This document shows positions 37,074 through 47,700 of a stretch of 64,000 nucleotides of DNA, piece by piece (within the stretch, counting starts at the first letter, position 1; each line of letters opens with the position of its first letter). Origin of the DNA: an uncultured virus (IMG/VR IMGVR_UViG_3300044295_000401). Taxonomy: Duplodnaviria; Heunggongvirae; Uroviricota; Caudoviricetes. Position numbers and translations under genes: made by a program. The DNA is taken from the IMG/VR virus record IMGVR_UViG_3300044295_000401, one strand, 5' to 3'. The notes under the pieces are model-generated. The model did no database searches. It was not told the DNA's origin and saw only the letters and a list, made by a program, of their open reading frames with translations.

Positions 37074-38522
37074 ATGTCTTCAGCAATTCGTTATGGTTCA
37101 CAACTTTTAGCTACTACAGTCACTACTGACTGGACTCCGTTCTCTATGACAATTACTGCAACAACTAGTAATCCTTCTAGAGGAACGGTTGTTAATGAAG
37201 CGGCTTATTGGCGTCGAGTTGGCGATACAATGGAAATTGCTTATGATTATCGTCAACAAGGAGCAGGCTCAGCGGGCTCGGGTACATATCTTTTTACAAT
37301 TCCAGGTGGTTATAGCGCTGACACATCAAAATTAGGAACAATACCTAATGCTGCTAATGCATATTTACATCTTGGTACAGGCAGAGTACAATTAAGCGGA
37401 ACAGATGGATTATCATCCCCAAGCACTAGCGCTCATGCATATTTATATGATGCCACCCGTTTCTTTTTAGCAGTAGATAACGTAACAACAAATAACATTC
37501 AAGATAGCATCGCTCCTGTAAGTAGTTCATTTAGAGGATTTGGTAATTCTAACGTTTTGTATTCTTTTAGAAAAATTTGTATACCAATCTCAGGATGGTC
37601 TTCTGGTAGCGGAAGTTCTGCAATTTATTCATTAAGCGATTGGACAGCTTATACTCCAACTGTTTCAGGATTAGGTTCAACTTCAAATTTAAGTGCTTTT
37701 TATAGAAGAGTTGGAGATTCATTAGAAGTTCAAGGTTATGTGACTATTGGAAGTCCTGCTGCATCTTTAGTTTCTTTTACACTTCCTTCTGGTTTATTAA
37801 TTGATTCTTCTAAAGTCCCAGTATCAAATACCACATCAGCACAAGGTCATTCTGTTGGTTATATTTGGGGGAATGACGGAAGTTCAGGTGGTGTTAGTGA
37901 GCCTATTGTTCTAGTAACAGCTACTGGAACGTCAACCTCTTTAGTTTATGCCGGTAAAAGTGGTGCAACTGCTAACCAATTAATTCCTGCTAATGGTAAT
38001 GCTATATATACAAATAGCAATGATCCGATTAGTTTTAATTTTAGAGTACCAATTGCAGGTTGGACAGCTACTGCTTCTGGTACATTAACTGCTCCTCGTA
38101 GTGAAATTACTGTTGATAGCGGTAACGGTTTTGGTTCTACTAATACTACTGTTCGTCGTTTTACAAACACTCGTAAAAGTGTCGGTTCAGCAGTAACATA
38201 TGCTGATAGCGCTTCTAACGGTGCTAGTTTTACAATCAACGAAACTGGCGTATATGCTATTGAATATCACGATCAATCATCTAGTGGCGCTGCAACTATT
38301 GGTATTTCTGTAAATAGTACAGCATTAACTACTTCTCCCGGTAATATGACATATGCGCAAGGAATTAGAACTTTTATGGATTCTTCTGCGGCAAGCTTTG
38401 GTGCTCATGTTCATTGGACTGGTAATTTAAACGCAGGTGATATTGTTCGTGCTCAAGCTGGTACTGCAGCAAACTCAACCAACGAACGTTGTATGTTTAC
38501 AATTACTAAAGTAAGTAACTAA
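37074..38522 (+). CDS. tail fibre / receptor-binding paralogue
   Basis: Two [W/Y]RRVGD modules plus TLTAPRSE...ITKVSN domain matching the distal half of 34388..37063. Confidence 0.7.
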   Translation: MSSAIRYGSQLLATTVTTDWTPFSMTITATTSNPSRGTVVNEAAYWRRVGDTMEIAYDYRQQGAGSAGSGTYLFTIPGGYSADTSKLGTIPNAANAYLHLGTGRVQLSGTDGLSSPSTSAHAYLYDATRFFLAVDNVTTNNIQDSIAPVSSSFRGFGNSNVLYSFRKICIPISGWSSGSGSSAIYSLSDWTAYTPTVSGLGSTSNLSAFYRRVGDSLEVQGYVTIGSPAASLVSFTLPSGLLIDSSKVPVSNTTSAQGHSVGYIWGNDGSSGGVSEPIVLVTATGTSTSLVYAGKSGATANQLIPANGNAIYTNSNDPISFNFRVPIAGWTATASGTLTAPRSEITVDSGNGFGSTNTTVRRFTNTRKSVGSAVTYADSASNGASFTINETGVYAIEYHDQSSSGAATIGISVNSTALTTSPGNMTYAQGIRTFMDSSAASFGAHVHWTGNLNAGDIVRAQAGTAANSTNERCMFTITKVSN

Positions 38523-38529
38523 TAATTTT

Positions 38530-38748
38530 ATGTGGATTATTGACCCAAAAACAAAGGAAGCTTCAGTTAGTTTAACTATTTTGATGGTTTCTTTTGTTGT
38601 TTGTGTTGTTTCTTCTGGTTTAGAAATGGCTGGAGTAATTAAATCAACCAGTATGTCTTTTGAAATGTTTGGTGCGGCTAGTGGTTTATATTTTGGTCGT
38701 CGTTGGGGAAGCGCTAAAGGTCAATCTATTGACGGTGAATCTAAATAA
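38530..38748 (+). CDS. small two-TM protein (holin-like)
   Basis: Two hydrophobic helices, YFGRR, charged tail. Confidence 0.5.
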   Translation: MWIIDPKTKEASVSLTILMVSFVVCVVSSGLEMAGVIKSTSMSFEMFGAASGLYFGRRWGSAKGQSIDGESK

Positions 38749-38771
38749 ATAAGAAAGTATAGGGTATCTAT

Positions 38772-38930
38772 ATTCCCGCAGTTTCACAAAAACAATTTAA
38801 ATTCATGGCCATGCTGGCTAATAACCCTAAAAAAGCTAAGAAAAAAGGTATGTCTTCAGCTAAAGCAAAAGAGTATATTTCACATAATAAAGGAGCGATG
38901 GCATATAAAAACTTACCATCGAAAAAGTAA
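38772..38930 (+). CDS. small basic protein, probable ATT start (not in ORF track)
   Basis: (I/M)PAVSQKQFKFMAMLANNPKKAKKKGMSSAKAKEY...KNLPSKK*; stop overlaps the next ATG (TAATG). Confidence 0.5.
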   Translation: MPAVSQKQFKFMAMLANNPKKAKKKGMSSAKAKEYISHNKGAMAYKNLPSKK

Positions 38931-39352
38931 TGTTAAAACCTCTTTTAGTTCAATTACGTGCAATGCAATTATTCGCTCATTCAGCTCATAATCTAGTGGC
39001 TCATGTTCCTTTTTTTCAAGATCACGAGTTTTTTGGTGATGCTTATAGCGCTCATGAAAAAGATTATGATGATGTAGCCGAACGTAATATTGGTTTATAT
39101 GGTGAAATGGATTTAGCTCTTGCTCCATTACTTGCTGCTGTTTCAGCTAAACTTCAATCTGCTCCGTCTGTTGGAGTTAAAGAAAATAGTGTGTTTTTTC
39201 AATATCAGCTTCAACTAGAGATGGAATTATGTAAGCTTGTTGCTCAAATTATTGCTTCTGGTTGTTCTGAAGGCACTAAACAACTACTAGGTGATATCTG
39301 TAATGCTTCAGAATCACGCCAATACAAAATTAAACAACGTATTAAGAGGTAA
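38930..39352 (+). CDS. Dps/ferritin-like protein
   Basis: AHSAHNLV...DHEFFGDAY...DDVAER pattern of the Dps ferroxidase signature. Confidence 0.7.
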   Translation: MLKPLLVQLRAMQLFAHSAHNLVAHVPFFQDHEFFGDAYSAHEKDYDDVAERNIGLYGEMDLALAPLLAAVSAKLQSAPSVGVKENSVFFQYQLQLEMELCKLVAQIIASGCSEGTKQLLGDICNASESRQYKIKQRIKR

Positions 39353-39355
39353 TAT

Positions 39356-39613
39356 ATGTCTGATAGCACTAAAAGACCATCAGAATTCGACCAAACACAG
39401 ATTATTCAGCGAGTTTATAATTCTGAAGAAAAAACTCTTGCTGTCGGTTCATTCGTTGCTGGTAAACTCGGTCATAAAATTCAACGCAATGCTATCTCTT
39501 CGACCGTAGAAGATTATGAATATTATGATGATACTACCCTTCTTTATACAATCCGTGTGACTTATGACAATGCGGCACACGATAATGTGAATAGCGTAGA
39601 AAGAATTGTTTAA
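39356..39613 (+). CDS. hypothetical structural protein
   Basis: DQTQIIQRVY resembles DSTQILQRAF of 20549..21088. Confidence 0.5.
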   Translation: MSDSTKRPSEFDQTQIIQRVYNSEEKTLAVGSFVAGKLGHKIQRNAISSTVEDYEYYDDTTLLYTIRVTYDNAAHDNVNSVERIV

Positions 39614-40170
39614 TGGGCATAAAATTTAATCCCATAACTTCACAACTTGACCTTACTGGTTCAACCAGCGGGGGTACACTTACTGGTGTAGTTGATAGTA
39701 ATTCTATTGACTTTTCAGTTAGTGGTGGAGTTAATGTTACTGGTAGTGTTAAACTTTCTGCCGCAGCTGCTTCTGCTAATAATAAAATTATTGCTCTTGA
39801 TATACAATCGGATGGCGTTCGTGCTCAAATAGCTAACTCTAATATTCAAGATGCTGCTTTAAATTTACAAGGTCCCGTTACTTTAACAAATAATTCAAGT
39901 GGTACTATTTTTTCATATGTTGCTGCTTCTAATAAAGCAACGTTTATTGATTATAGCATAGTACGCGGTTCTAACGTTAAATGCGGTAGATTACTTATTG
40001 TAACAGATGGTTCAACGGTTTCAATTGCTGATAATGGTGGCGTTGAGCTATCTCCTATCGGTATAACTTTTGGTGTGACTATTGGGGGAGGTAATGTTGA
40101 TGTTCTTTATATTGCCTCTAATACTGGTACAAACGCCTCTTTCAAATATTCACTAAAACAATGGAGTTAA
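39613..40170 (+). CDS. short fibre/adaptor protein
   Basis: FNPITSQLDL N-terminus; ATFIDYSIVRG C-terminal domain. Confidence 0.55.
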   Translation: MGIKFNPITSQLDLTGSTSGGTLTGVVDSNSIDFSVSGGVNVTGSVKLSAAAASANNKIIALDIQSDGVRAQIANSNIQDAALNLQGPVTLTNNSSGTIFSYVAASNKATFIDYSIVRGSNVKCGRLLIVTDGSTVSIADNGGVELSPIGITFGVTIGGGNVDVLYIASNTGTNASFKYSLKQWS

Positions 40171-40173
40171 ACA

Positions 40174-42411
40174 ATGGCTGATATTCTTAAATTTGGTAGT
40201 GCAATTCGTCTCGCTCAACTTTCTTCCGACCCCGTTGGTGTTGAAGATGGTGTTCTTTACTATAATACGTCTAGTAATGTTGTACGTCAGTATATTAATG
40301 GTGGTTGGCAAGATGTTCCTGCATCAGCTTTAACTCTTCTAGGCCTAGCATTAAATGACGGTGAAATCATCGTTGGTAATGCTTCTAACGTATCAGCTGC
40401 AGTTGATACTGATACTGTAGGCGATGTACAAGCAGACCATTCTGCCGGTTTAACTATTAAAACCGGTGTAATTGTCAATAGTCAAGTTTCAGCTTCTGCT
40501 GCAATTTCTCTATCTAAGCTTGCTGCTCTTACTGCTAGCCGTGCTCTACAATCAGATGGTTCTGGTGTAATTAGTGCTTCTTCTGTAACTTCTACAGAAC
40601 TCGGATACCTCTCTGGTGTAACATCGGCTATTCAAACCCAGCTAAACAATAAGCAGTCTACCTCTGAAAAGGGTCAAGCTAATGGTTATGCTTCTCTCGA
40701 TGGTAGCGGTAAAGTTCCAGTAGCTCAGCTTCCTAACTCTATTATGGAGTACCAAGGTACTTGGAATGCTTCTACTAACTCACCTACTCTAGCAGACGGA
40801 GCGGGTTCTATTGGTGATGTATACCGAGTAAGTGTTGCTGGTACACAAAACCTTGGCTCAGGTAACATTACTTTTGATGTTGGCGATTATGCTATTCTTA
40901 ATTCTTCCCTTGTATGGGAAAAAGCAGACACCACAGATGCTGTTTCTTCTGTAAACGGTGCTACTGGTGCAGTAACAGTTAATGCTATTAATCAACTAAC
41001 TGGCGAAGTAACAGCTGGCCCTGCTTCAGGTTCACAGTCTGTATCTGCCACTCTTTCAAACGCTGCTGTAATTGCTAAAGTACTTACTGGTTATTCAGCT
41101 GCTGCTGGAACGGTGTCTTCATCTGATTCAATTCTTTCTGCTCTCCAAAAGATCGATGCTAACGATCAAAATAAAGCAACTAAAGCACTTGATAACCTAG
41201 CTTCTGTTGCTATTAATACTTCACTCCTCCCTGCTTCTAATAACTCAATTGATGCTGGTTCTGCTTCTCTAATGCTTCGTGGGGTTTACACTGGGTTCCT
41301 TCGTTCAAGTGAAGACGCTAACGTATCTTTTACTGGTGATACAACTAGCGGTAGTGCTGTAATTGCTGTTGCAAATACCAGTGGTCTTTCTGTTTCAATG
41401 CAAGTAGCAGGGTCTGGTATTCCAGACGGTGCTAGTATTTCTAGTATTGTTACCAATACTTCTATTACTATCTCTGCAAATGCTACAGCTACTGCTACCG
41501 GCGTATCACTACTAGCTCAATCTAGCGGTATCTATAGAACTGGCGATAAGACTGGATCTTCTCTATCAGGTCCAATGATTCTTCGTAGCGGCAACACTGT
41601 AGATAATATCTCCGGTGCTCTAACACTAAAGACAGGTAATGCTACTGGCACCGGTAAATCGGGTAGTTTAAGCATTTCAACTGGTTCTACTAACTCTGGT
41701 AACTCAGGTTCTGTTACTATTTCAGCTGGTACTTCCACTTCTGGCACCCGTGGTAACGTAAGCCTATTTGGTTCTAGCATTATTATGGGTGGTGGCCAAG
41801 GCGGCGGTACAATCCAGCCTCAGATTAGCATTGTGCCCTCTACAAACAATACACTTAACCTCGGTTCTAGCGCTAACAAGTTTGCTAACGCTTACCTTGG
41901 TAACTCCCTTGTCCTTGAAGATCCAGGAGCTGGTACAAACAGCGTAACTGTTCAAGCTGCTTCTGGTTCAAGCGCTTATACCCTTACCCTTCCTTCTTCA
42001 GCTCCAGGTTCAACCCAAGCTGTTTTCATGGATTCTAGCGGTAATCTAAGTACTTCTGCTGTAGCTACGGCTTCTGCTGGTGATATTAATGAAACAAGCT
42101 ATACCGGTCTAGCTAACAATACTGCAAATCAAACTATTACTGGTCTAGCTTTTGCTAATGGTACAGTTCGTTCTGCTCGTATTCAACTTTCAATTGCTGT
42201 ATCCGCTACTTCTAGCCAATATGCTATATATGATCTAATGGCAATTCAGCGCGGTTCTGATTGGCAGATGAGCAGCGTTTATACTGGCGATACAATTAGC
42301 GGTCTAAGCTTTGATATTACTTCAGCGGGTCAAGTGCGCGCTTCAATTGGTAACATCAGTGGCTTTAGCTCAGCTACAATTAAATTCCGCGCTCAAACCA
42401 CTTCAGTATAA
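40174..42411 (+). CDS. tail fibre protein
   Basis: Shares the [18 protein letters not shown] segment with 34388..37063; YQGTWNASTN module; G/S-rich repeats. Confidence 0.7.
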   Translation: MADILKFGSAIRLAQLSSDPVGVEDGVLYYNTSSNVVRQYINGGWQDVPASALTLLGLALNDGEIIVGNASNVSAAVDTDTVGDVQADHSAGLTIKTGVIVNSQVSASAAISLSKLAALTASRALQSDGSGVISASSVTSTELGYLSGVTSAIQTQLNNKQSTSEKGQANGYASLDGSGKVPVAQLPNSIMEYQGTWNASTNSPTLADGAGSIGDVYRVSVAGTQNLGSGNITFDVGDYAILNSSLVWEKADTTDAVSSVNGATGAVTVNAINQLTGEVTAGPASGSQSVSATLSNAAVIAKVLTGYSAAAGTVSSSDSILSALQKIDANDQNKATKALDNLASVAINTSLLPASNNSIDAGSASLMLRGVYTGFLRSSEDANVSFTGDTTSGSAVIAVANTSGLSVSMQVAGSGIPDGASISSIVTNTSITISANATATATGVSLLAQSSGIYRTGDKTGSSLSGPMILRSGNTVDNISGALTLKTGNATGTGKSGSLSISTGSTNSGNSGSVTISAGTSTSGTRGNVSLFGSSIIMGGGQGGGTIQPQISIVPSTNNTLNLGSSANKFANAYLGNSLVLEDPGAGTNSVTVQAASGSSAYTLTLPSSAPGSTQAVFMDSSGNLSTSAVATASAGDINETSYTGLANNTANQTITGLAFANGTVRSARIQLSIAVSATSSQYAIYDLMAIQRGSDWQMSSVYTGDTISGLSFDITSAGQVRASIGNISGFSSATIKFRAQTTSV

Positions 42412-42417
42412 TAATTT

Positions 42418-42873
42418 ATGGATAACGTACGTAGGATGATACCATCTAATTTAGACCAATATCAAATGGATAATATGACATTTGATGTTGAAAAACAAGC
42501 ATGGAGAGTTTCCGTGGTAGATGGTGTCACCCTAAACGTTGATAAAATCAATTTACCTGAACAAAAAGTTACAAATATTCCTGTTATTATTAAAGAAACA
42601 GATGTAAAACAAGTTAATGTTCCTGTTGTTATTAAAGAAGTTGAAAAAATTGAAGTTCCAGTTATTGTAAAAGAATATGTAACTATTGAAAAACCAGTAA
42701 TTGTAACAGAAGTTAAAGTAATTGAAATTGAAAAGCCGGTAATAATTAAAGAAACAGAAATTAAAACTGTTGAAAAGTTAGTTCCCGTTACTCCAACATT
42801 AGTTAAAGTTTGTATTGCTTTACAAACAATAGCTTGTATTGGAATTTTACTAAATAATATATTGAAAGGATAA
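42418..42873 (+). CDS. membrane-anchored protein with V/I-E-K-P-V repeats
   Basis: About six PV(I/V)(I/V)KE-type units and a C-terminal TM helix. Confidence 0.6.
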   Translation: MDNVRRMIPSNLDQYQMDNMTFDVEKQAWRVSVVDGVTLNVDKINLPEQKVTNIPVIIKETDVKQVNVPVVIKEVEKIEVPVIVKEYVTIEKPVIVTEVKVIEIEKPVIIKETEIKTVEKLVPVTPTLVKVCIALQTIACIGILLNNILKG

Positions 42874-42885
42874 TAAGGAAGTAAT

Positions 42886-43317
42886 ATGTTAAAAGAAAAA
42901 CTAATGAAAAAATTAGCTAGTAAGGGTAAAGATCTCGATCCTCTTGAAAAAGAAGCTAAGATGGGTGTTATTAAAGAGCTTAGCCGTCAAGCCGGTAGCA
43001 TGATGGGCGATAAAGTTCACCCTCTTAAGAAGGTATCCGTAGCTTCTGACAGCAAAGAAGGTCTAAAAGAAGGTCTTGAAAAGGCTGCTGGTCTTGTTGA
43101 ACACGCTGATATGCATGAACATGATCCCGAAAAGCTTGTAGAGCAAGCTGAAGAAGAACTTGGCGCAGACCTTGATAAGGACAACGAAGAAGGTGAGTCT
43201 TCTGAACACGCTGAAAAAGTGGGCGAAAAAGATATGGAAGACTGTTCACCAGAAGAACTAGATGCTAAGATTGCCGAACTACAGGCTCTAAAAGCTAAAA
43301 AACAAGCAAAAGTTTAA
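42886..43317 (+). CDS. acidic hypothetical protein
   Basis: 143-aa ORF with AAGGA SD. Confidence 0.6.
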   Translation: MLKEKLMKKLASKGKDLDPLEKEAKMGVIKELSRQAGSMMGDKVHPLKKVSVASDSKEGLKEGLEKAAGLVEHADMHEHDPEKLVEQAEEELGADLDKDNEEGESSEHAEKVGEKDMEDCSPEELDAKIAELQALKAKKQAKV

Positions 43318-43325
43318 TAATTTAA

Positions 43326-43458
43326 ATGAATAAAATTTGTTCTAAATGTAAACTTGTTAAAGATATAACTCTTTTTACTAAAGTAAAGAAAATTATCTCA
43401 TTATACAAATTTACAACCATTATGGTTAGTAGATAATATTAAAAAAGGAGATAAATAA
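43326..43458 (+). pseudogene. internally deleted HNH endonuclease remnant
   Basis: MNKICSKCKLVK..LF N-terminus joined out of frame to an HYTNLQPLWLVDNIKKGDK* C-terminus within 133 nt. Confidence 0.7.
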
Positions 43459-44720
43459 TGTCAGCCCGCCCTTGGATGACGTCTTTAGACTTAATTGAAT
43501 CAGTAAAGCGTAAAATTGCTGTTCCAATTAATCAAAGAACGTTTTCAGAAGAAGATATTTTAGCATTTGCTAATGAAGAAATGTTAATTTCACAGGTACC
43601 TGATATTCTCATGTATCATGAAGAGTATTTTGTATTTTCTCAAGATAACATTTTAACAGCAAATGTTCAAAAGTATTCTCTTCCTGAGAGAGCTATGGGC
43701 ATGAAACTCCGTGATGTATTCTACGTCGATACAAATGATAACTTATTTGAAATGACTAGAATTAATCCTGATGATAAGGCGTATTGGCAACGCGAATCTG
43801 CTGTTATTAACTTAATGCAGAAGTACTACCTAGAAGGAAACGATGTTGTTTTAGCTCCACAAAACGTGTCTTCTCCTACCGGTAAACTTCGTTTTAGTTA
43901 CTTTCTACGTCCAAATCAATTAGTACTTAATGATAGAGCTGCTATTTGTCAATCTTTCTTTAAATCTATAACAATAACTAATTCTAGTATTATTGCTGGC
44001 GATAAATTAACTGTTGGTGATGTTGTTTTAACCGCCGTTTTGGGCTCTCCTTCTTCCTTAGAGTTCCAAATAGGCGCTTCTTCATCTGATACTGCGGCTA
44101 ATCTTGCTTCGGCTTTAAATTTAGATGCTACATATAGTGCAACTAGCAGTACAAATTCTGTTGTTATCTATTTTTCTAAGCTAAGTACTTCTGTTTCCAG
44201 CTCAAATACTGCTGGTATGTCTGTTAGTTCAAGAATTGGTGTAAAATTTACCAGTTCTTTACCTACACACATCACTCATGATTCAAAAGTAGATTTTTTA
44301 CAAACAAAAGCTGGTCATAAAACATTTGCTATTAGTGTTCCTTTAAAATCAGACGCAGTTTCTGCTGATTCTATTCTATTCGATGGTATTAATACAGATA
44401 AATATACAATTATTAATGATACACGTTCATTAATTCCTGCTGATTTTCAAGTGGGTGACTATGTTTGTGAAGAATATGAATGTATTATCCCTCAAATTCC
44501 ATCTGATTTACACAATGGTCTAGCAGAAAGAACCGCAGCTAGACTTCTTGCTGCTCAAGGCGATGCAATGGGTCTTCAAATGTCTGCTGCTAAAATTGCT
44601 GACATTAAACATTCTGAAGGTGCTCTTCTAGATGATCGTGTGGATGGTAGCACTCAAAAAATTAATCAGCGTAAATCTCCGCTATCCTTCCTAAGAATGG
44701 GAATTCGTAGGAGAATCTAA
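43458..44720 (+). CDS. putative head-tail adaptor (tail tubular A-like)
   Basis: LIESVKR...EDILAFANEE, YSLPE, IPSDLH pattern; position before the large tail gene. Confidence 0.55.
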   Translation: MSARPWMTSLDLIESVKRKIAVPINQRTFSEEDILAFANEEMLISQVPDILMYHEEYFVFSQDNILTANVQKYSLPERAMGMKLRDVFYVDTNDNLFEMTRINPDDKAYWQRESAVINLMQKYYLEGNDVVLAPQNVSSPTGKLRFSYFLRPNQLVLNDRAAICQSFFKSITITNSSIIAGDKLTVGDVVLTAVLGSPSSLEFQIGASSSDTAANLASALNLDATYSATSSTNSVVIYFSKLSTSVSSSNTAGMSVSSRIGVKFTSSLPTHITHDSKVDFLQTKAGHKTFAISVPLKSDAVSADSILFDGINTDKYTIINDTRSLIPADFQVGDYVCEEYECIIPQIPSDLHNGLAERTAARLLAAQGDAMGLQMSAAKIADIKHSEGALLDDRVDGSTQKINQRKSPLSFLRMGIRRRI

Positions 44721-44736
44721 TTTTTAGAGGATTATA

Positions 44737-47700
44737 ATGCCTTCTATTTTTACTTTAAAAGCTTTAGGCTTAAACCGACAGCCAAACCAGTTGGAAGTGC
44801 CTGAAGGTTCACTCAGTTTAGCAAAGAACGTAACAATTCAACGCGATGGTGTGCTTGAATCCCGTCGCGGATTTAAGCTCTATGGTAATGAATTCGGAAC
44901 ATCTTCTGATAGAGCTAAACAATTAATCAGCTACAAACAAAGAATCCTTCGTCATTATTCATCTACTCTTCAATATGATAATGGTGCCGGTGTGTTTTCT
45001 TCTTTAGCTGGTTCTGTATTAGAACCTGAAACAGGTTTAAGAATTAAATCCATTGAAGCTAATGGTAACTTGTATTTTACCTCTTCTGATGGTATTAAAA
45101 AAATCTCAGCAAAGACAGCCGCTGATTTAACTACTGCATCTGGTGTTATTACTAATGCAGGCGCGGTTAAAGCTATTGATATTACCGGTTCTGTAAACTA
45201 TAATTACGCCGATCAAACCTCCTTTTTAACTCAAGATTCTGCTGTTGCTTATAGGGTTGTATGGGGTTATAAAGATAATAACACAAATCTTCTTTTAGGT
45301 ACTCCTTCACAAAGAATTGAAGTATATAACTCTCTATTAACGCTTCTCTTACAAGACTACATGCATCTTTTAGGTGCTCTTGATGATATCGGTGCATTGG
45401 GTGCATTAATTAATGATAAAAATTACGTTAATACTCTAAAGCTCAATATTAGCGCATCCGCTTCTGACCTATTAACAAATCTAATTGCATTAGCCACAAA
45501 AATAGATAATGACATTCTTTACGCTGATGATGTTGCTGTTGCTCCACTTCAAATAGCTTCTGCTACTATTTCAAGCGGGATTTGTACTGTAACTTTTTCT
45601 TCTGGAGATCCATCACAATATGTCTCTGCTGGCTCTAAAATTTATCTTGCCGGTTTCACTCCTGGAACTTCTGGTGTACTTAATGGTGCTCAGACTGTTG
45701 CTTCGGTAACAACTACAACGCTAACATTCAATACAAGTGCAACTGGTATTGTAACTACTTCAACTCCTACAATTGTTTCAAATAATTATAGAAGTATTAC
45801 TCAACCCGCTGTTCCTTCTATTCCTCCTACTAATAATGATCTTGTAAATCTTCAAAATTACATATTAGATATCATTACTCAATTAATTGCTGAACCCACT
45901 ACAGTAATTGATAATACTGTATCGTCAAATTATATTGATAACTTAGATGTAACTAAAGCATCTAGTGTTAATCTTCGTATAACTATTCCACAAGATGTAA
46001 ACTCTAACTACTTTTTTCAAATTTATCGTTCTGCGATCTTTGAAGCAACCGGTACACAAGTTCTTTCTATTGATGTTTTTCCTAATGATGAACTTCAATT
46101 AGTTTATGAAGCTTTTCCTACATCTGCTGAATTATCTGCTGGGTTTATTGAAGTTGAAGATATTGTACCCGATGACTTTAGAGGAGCAAATCTTTACACA
46201 AACGCTTCAACCGGTGAAGGAATTCTTCAAGCTAATGATGTTCCTCCATTTGCTAAAGACATAAACGTATTTAAAAACAGTGTTTGGTATGCTAATACTC
46301 ATACTCGCCATCGTTTAGCTGTATCGCTTCTTGGTGTTCAAAGTATGATTACAGACTATAATAATGGAATTACACCTTCTATTACTATAGCTACTACATC
46401 TTCTTATAATACTTATAAATTTATTGTGGGTAAAGTTGAAATCTACGATATTACTTGCGTAGCTGGTGCTTCATTAGCTGCATCGGGAACTGGCAGTTAT
46501 TTTGACGTATATAGCGGAGAAGATGAACGTTCATATCGACTATGGTACAAAATTGGAACAGCCGTAGCTCCTTCTTCTGGTGGCCATACTCTTGTTGAAG
46601 TTTTAGCTTCAGCCGGTGATAGTTCAACTGATATTGCAAATAAAACAAGAGATGCATTAAATCGTCTTTCAAAAGACTTTTCTGCAACCGCTTCAACAAA
46701 CGTTGTAACTGTTAACCTAACAAAACAAGGTTATACAACTAATGCTAGTGCCGGTACTTCTGGTCATACTATAAATATAACTCAACAAGGACAAGGAGAA
46801 AACGTATCAAATAAAGAAATTCTTCTTTCTGATAACGTTTCACCTGCAATTGCTGTACAAGATACTGCACAATCGCTTACAAGAGTATTAAACTCTAATC
46901 CTTCTGAAAATATTTACGTTTATTATACTTCTGGTGCTCAAGAAGTTCCTGGACAAATGGTATTTGAGGCCAGAAGTTTAACTAATTCTCAGTTTGGTAT
47001 TGTTACAAATAATGCTAATAGTGGAACAGCTTTTAATCCTCCATTCTCTCCTACACTAGAAATTAGTTCTATTACTACTGGCTCACCTACCTCAATGACT
47101 GTAGTAACGTCTTCTGCTCACGGTTTAACTAACTTAGACTATGTATATATTAGTGGTAGCGATTGTACTCCTTCTATTGATGGGTATCATCAAATTACTT
47201 ATGTTGACTCTACTACTTTTAGAGTAAATGTTACTGTAACTGTTGGTGGGTCTAAAGGCGGGGTAATTAAACCTTCTGAGATTGAAACTTCTTCTAATGA
47301 AGATTTCTCTAATAGAATTTATTATTCAAAATATCAACAACCTGAAGCTGTTCCTATTTTAAACTACTTTGATGTTGGTGCTAAAGATAAAGCTATTTTA
47401 CGTATTTTTCCTCTTAGAGATAGTTTATTCGTTTTTAAAGAAGACGGATTATATCGTATTTCGGGCGAATCTATTCCCTTTAACTTAGCATTATTTGATA
47501 CAAGCTGTATTCTTGTTGCTCCTGATAGCGTTTCTTCTGTTGATAACGTTATTTATGGTTGGACTCGTCAAGGTGTAGCTTCTGTTACTGAATCAGGTAC
47601 AAGAAACGTATCTCGTCCAATTGATATTGATTTACTACCATTAGCTTCTACTGTATATCCTTCATTTAAAACTGCTACCTGGGGATTGGGCTATGAGTCT

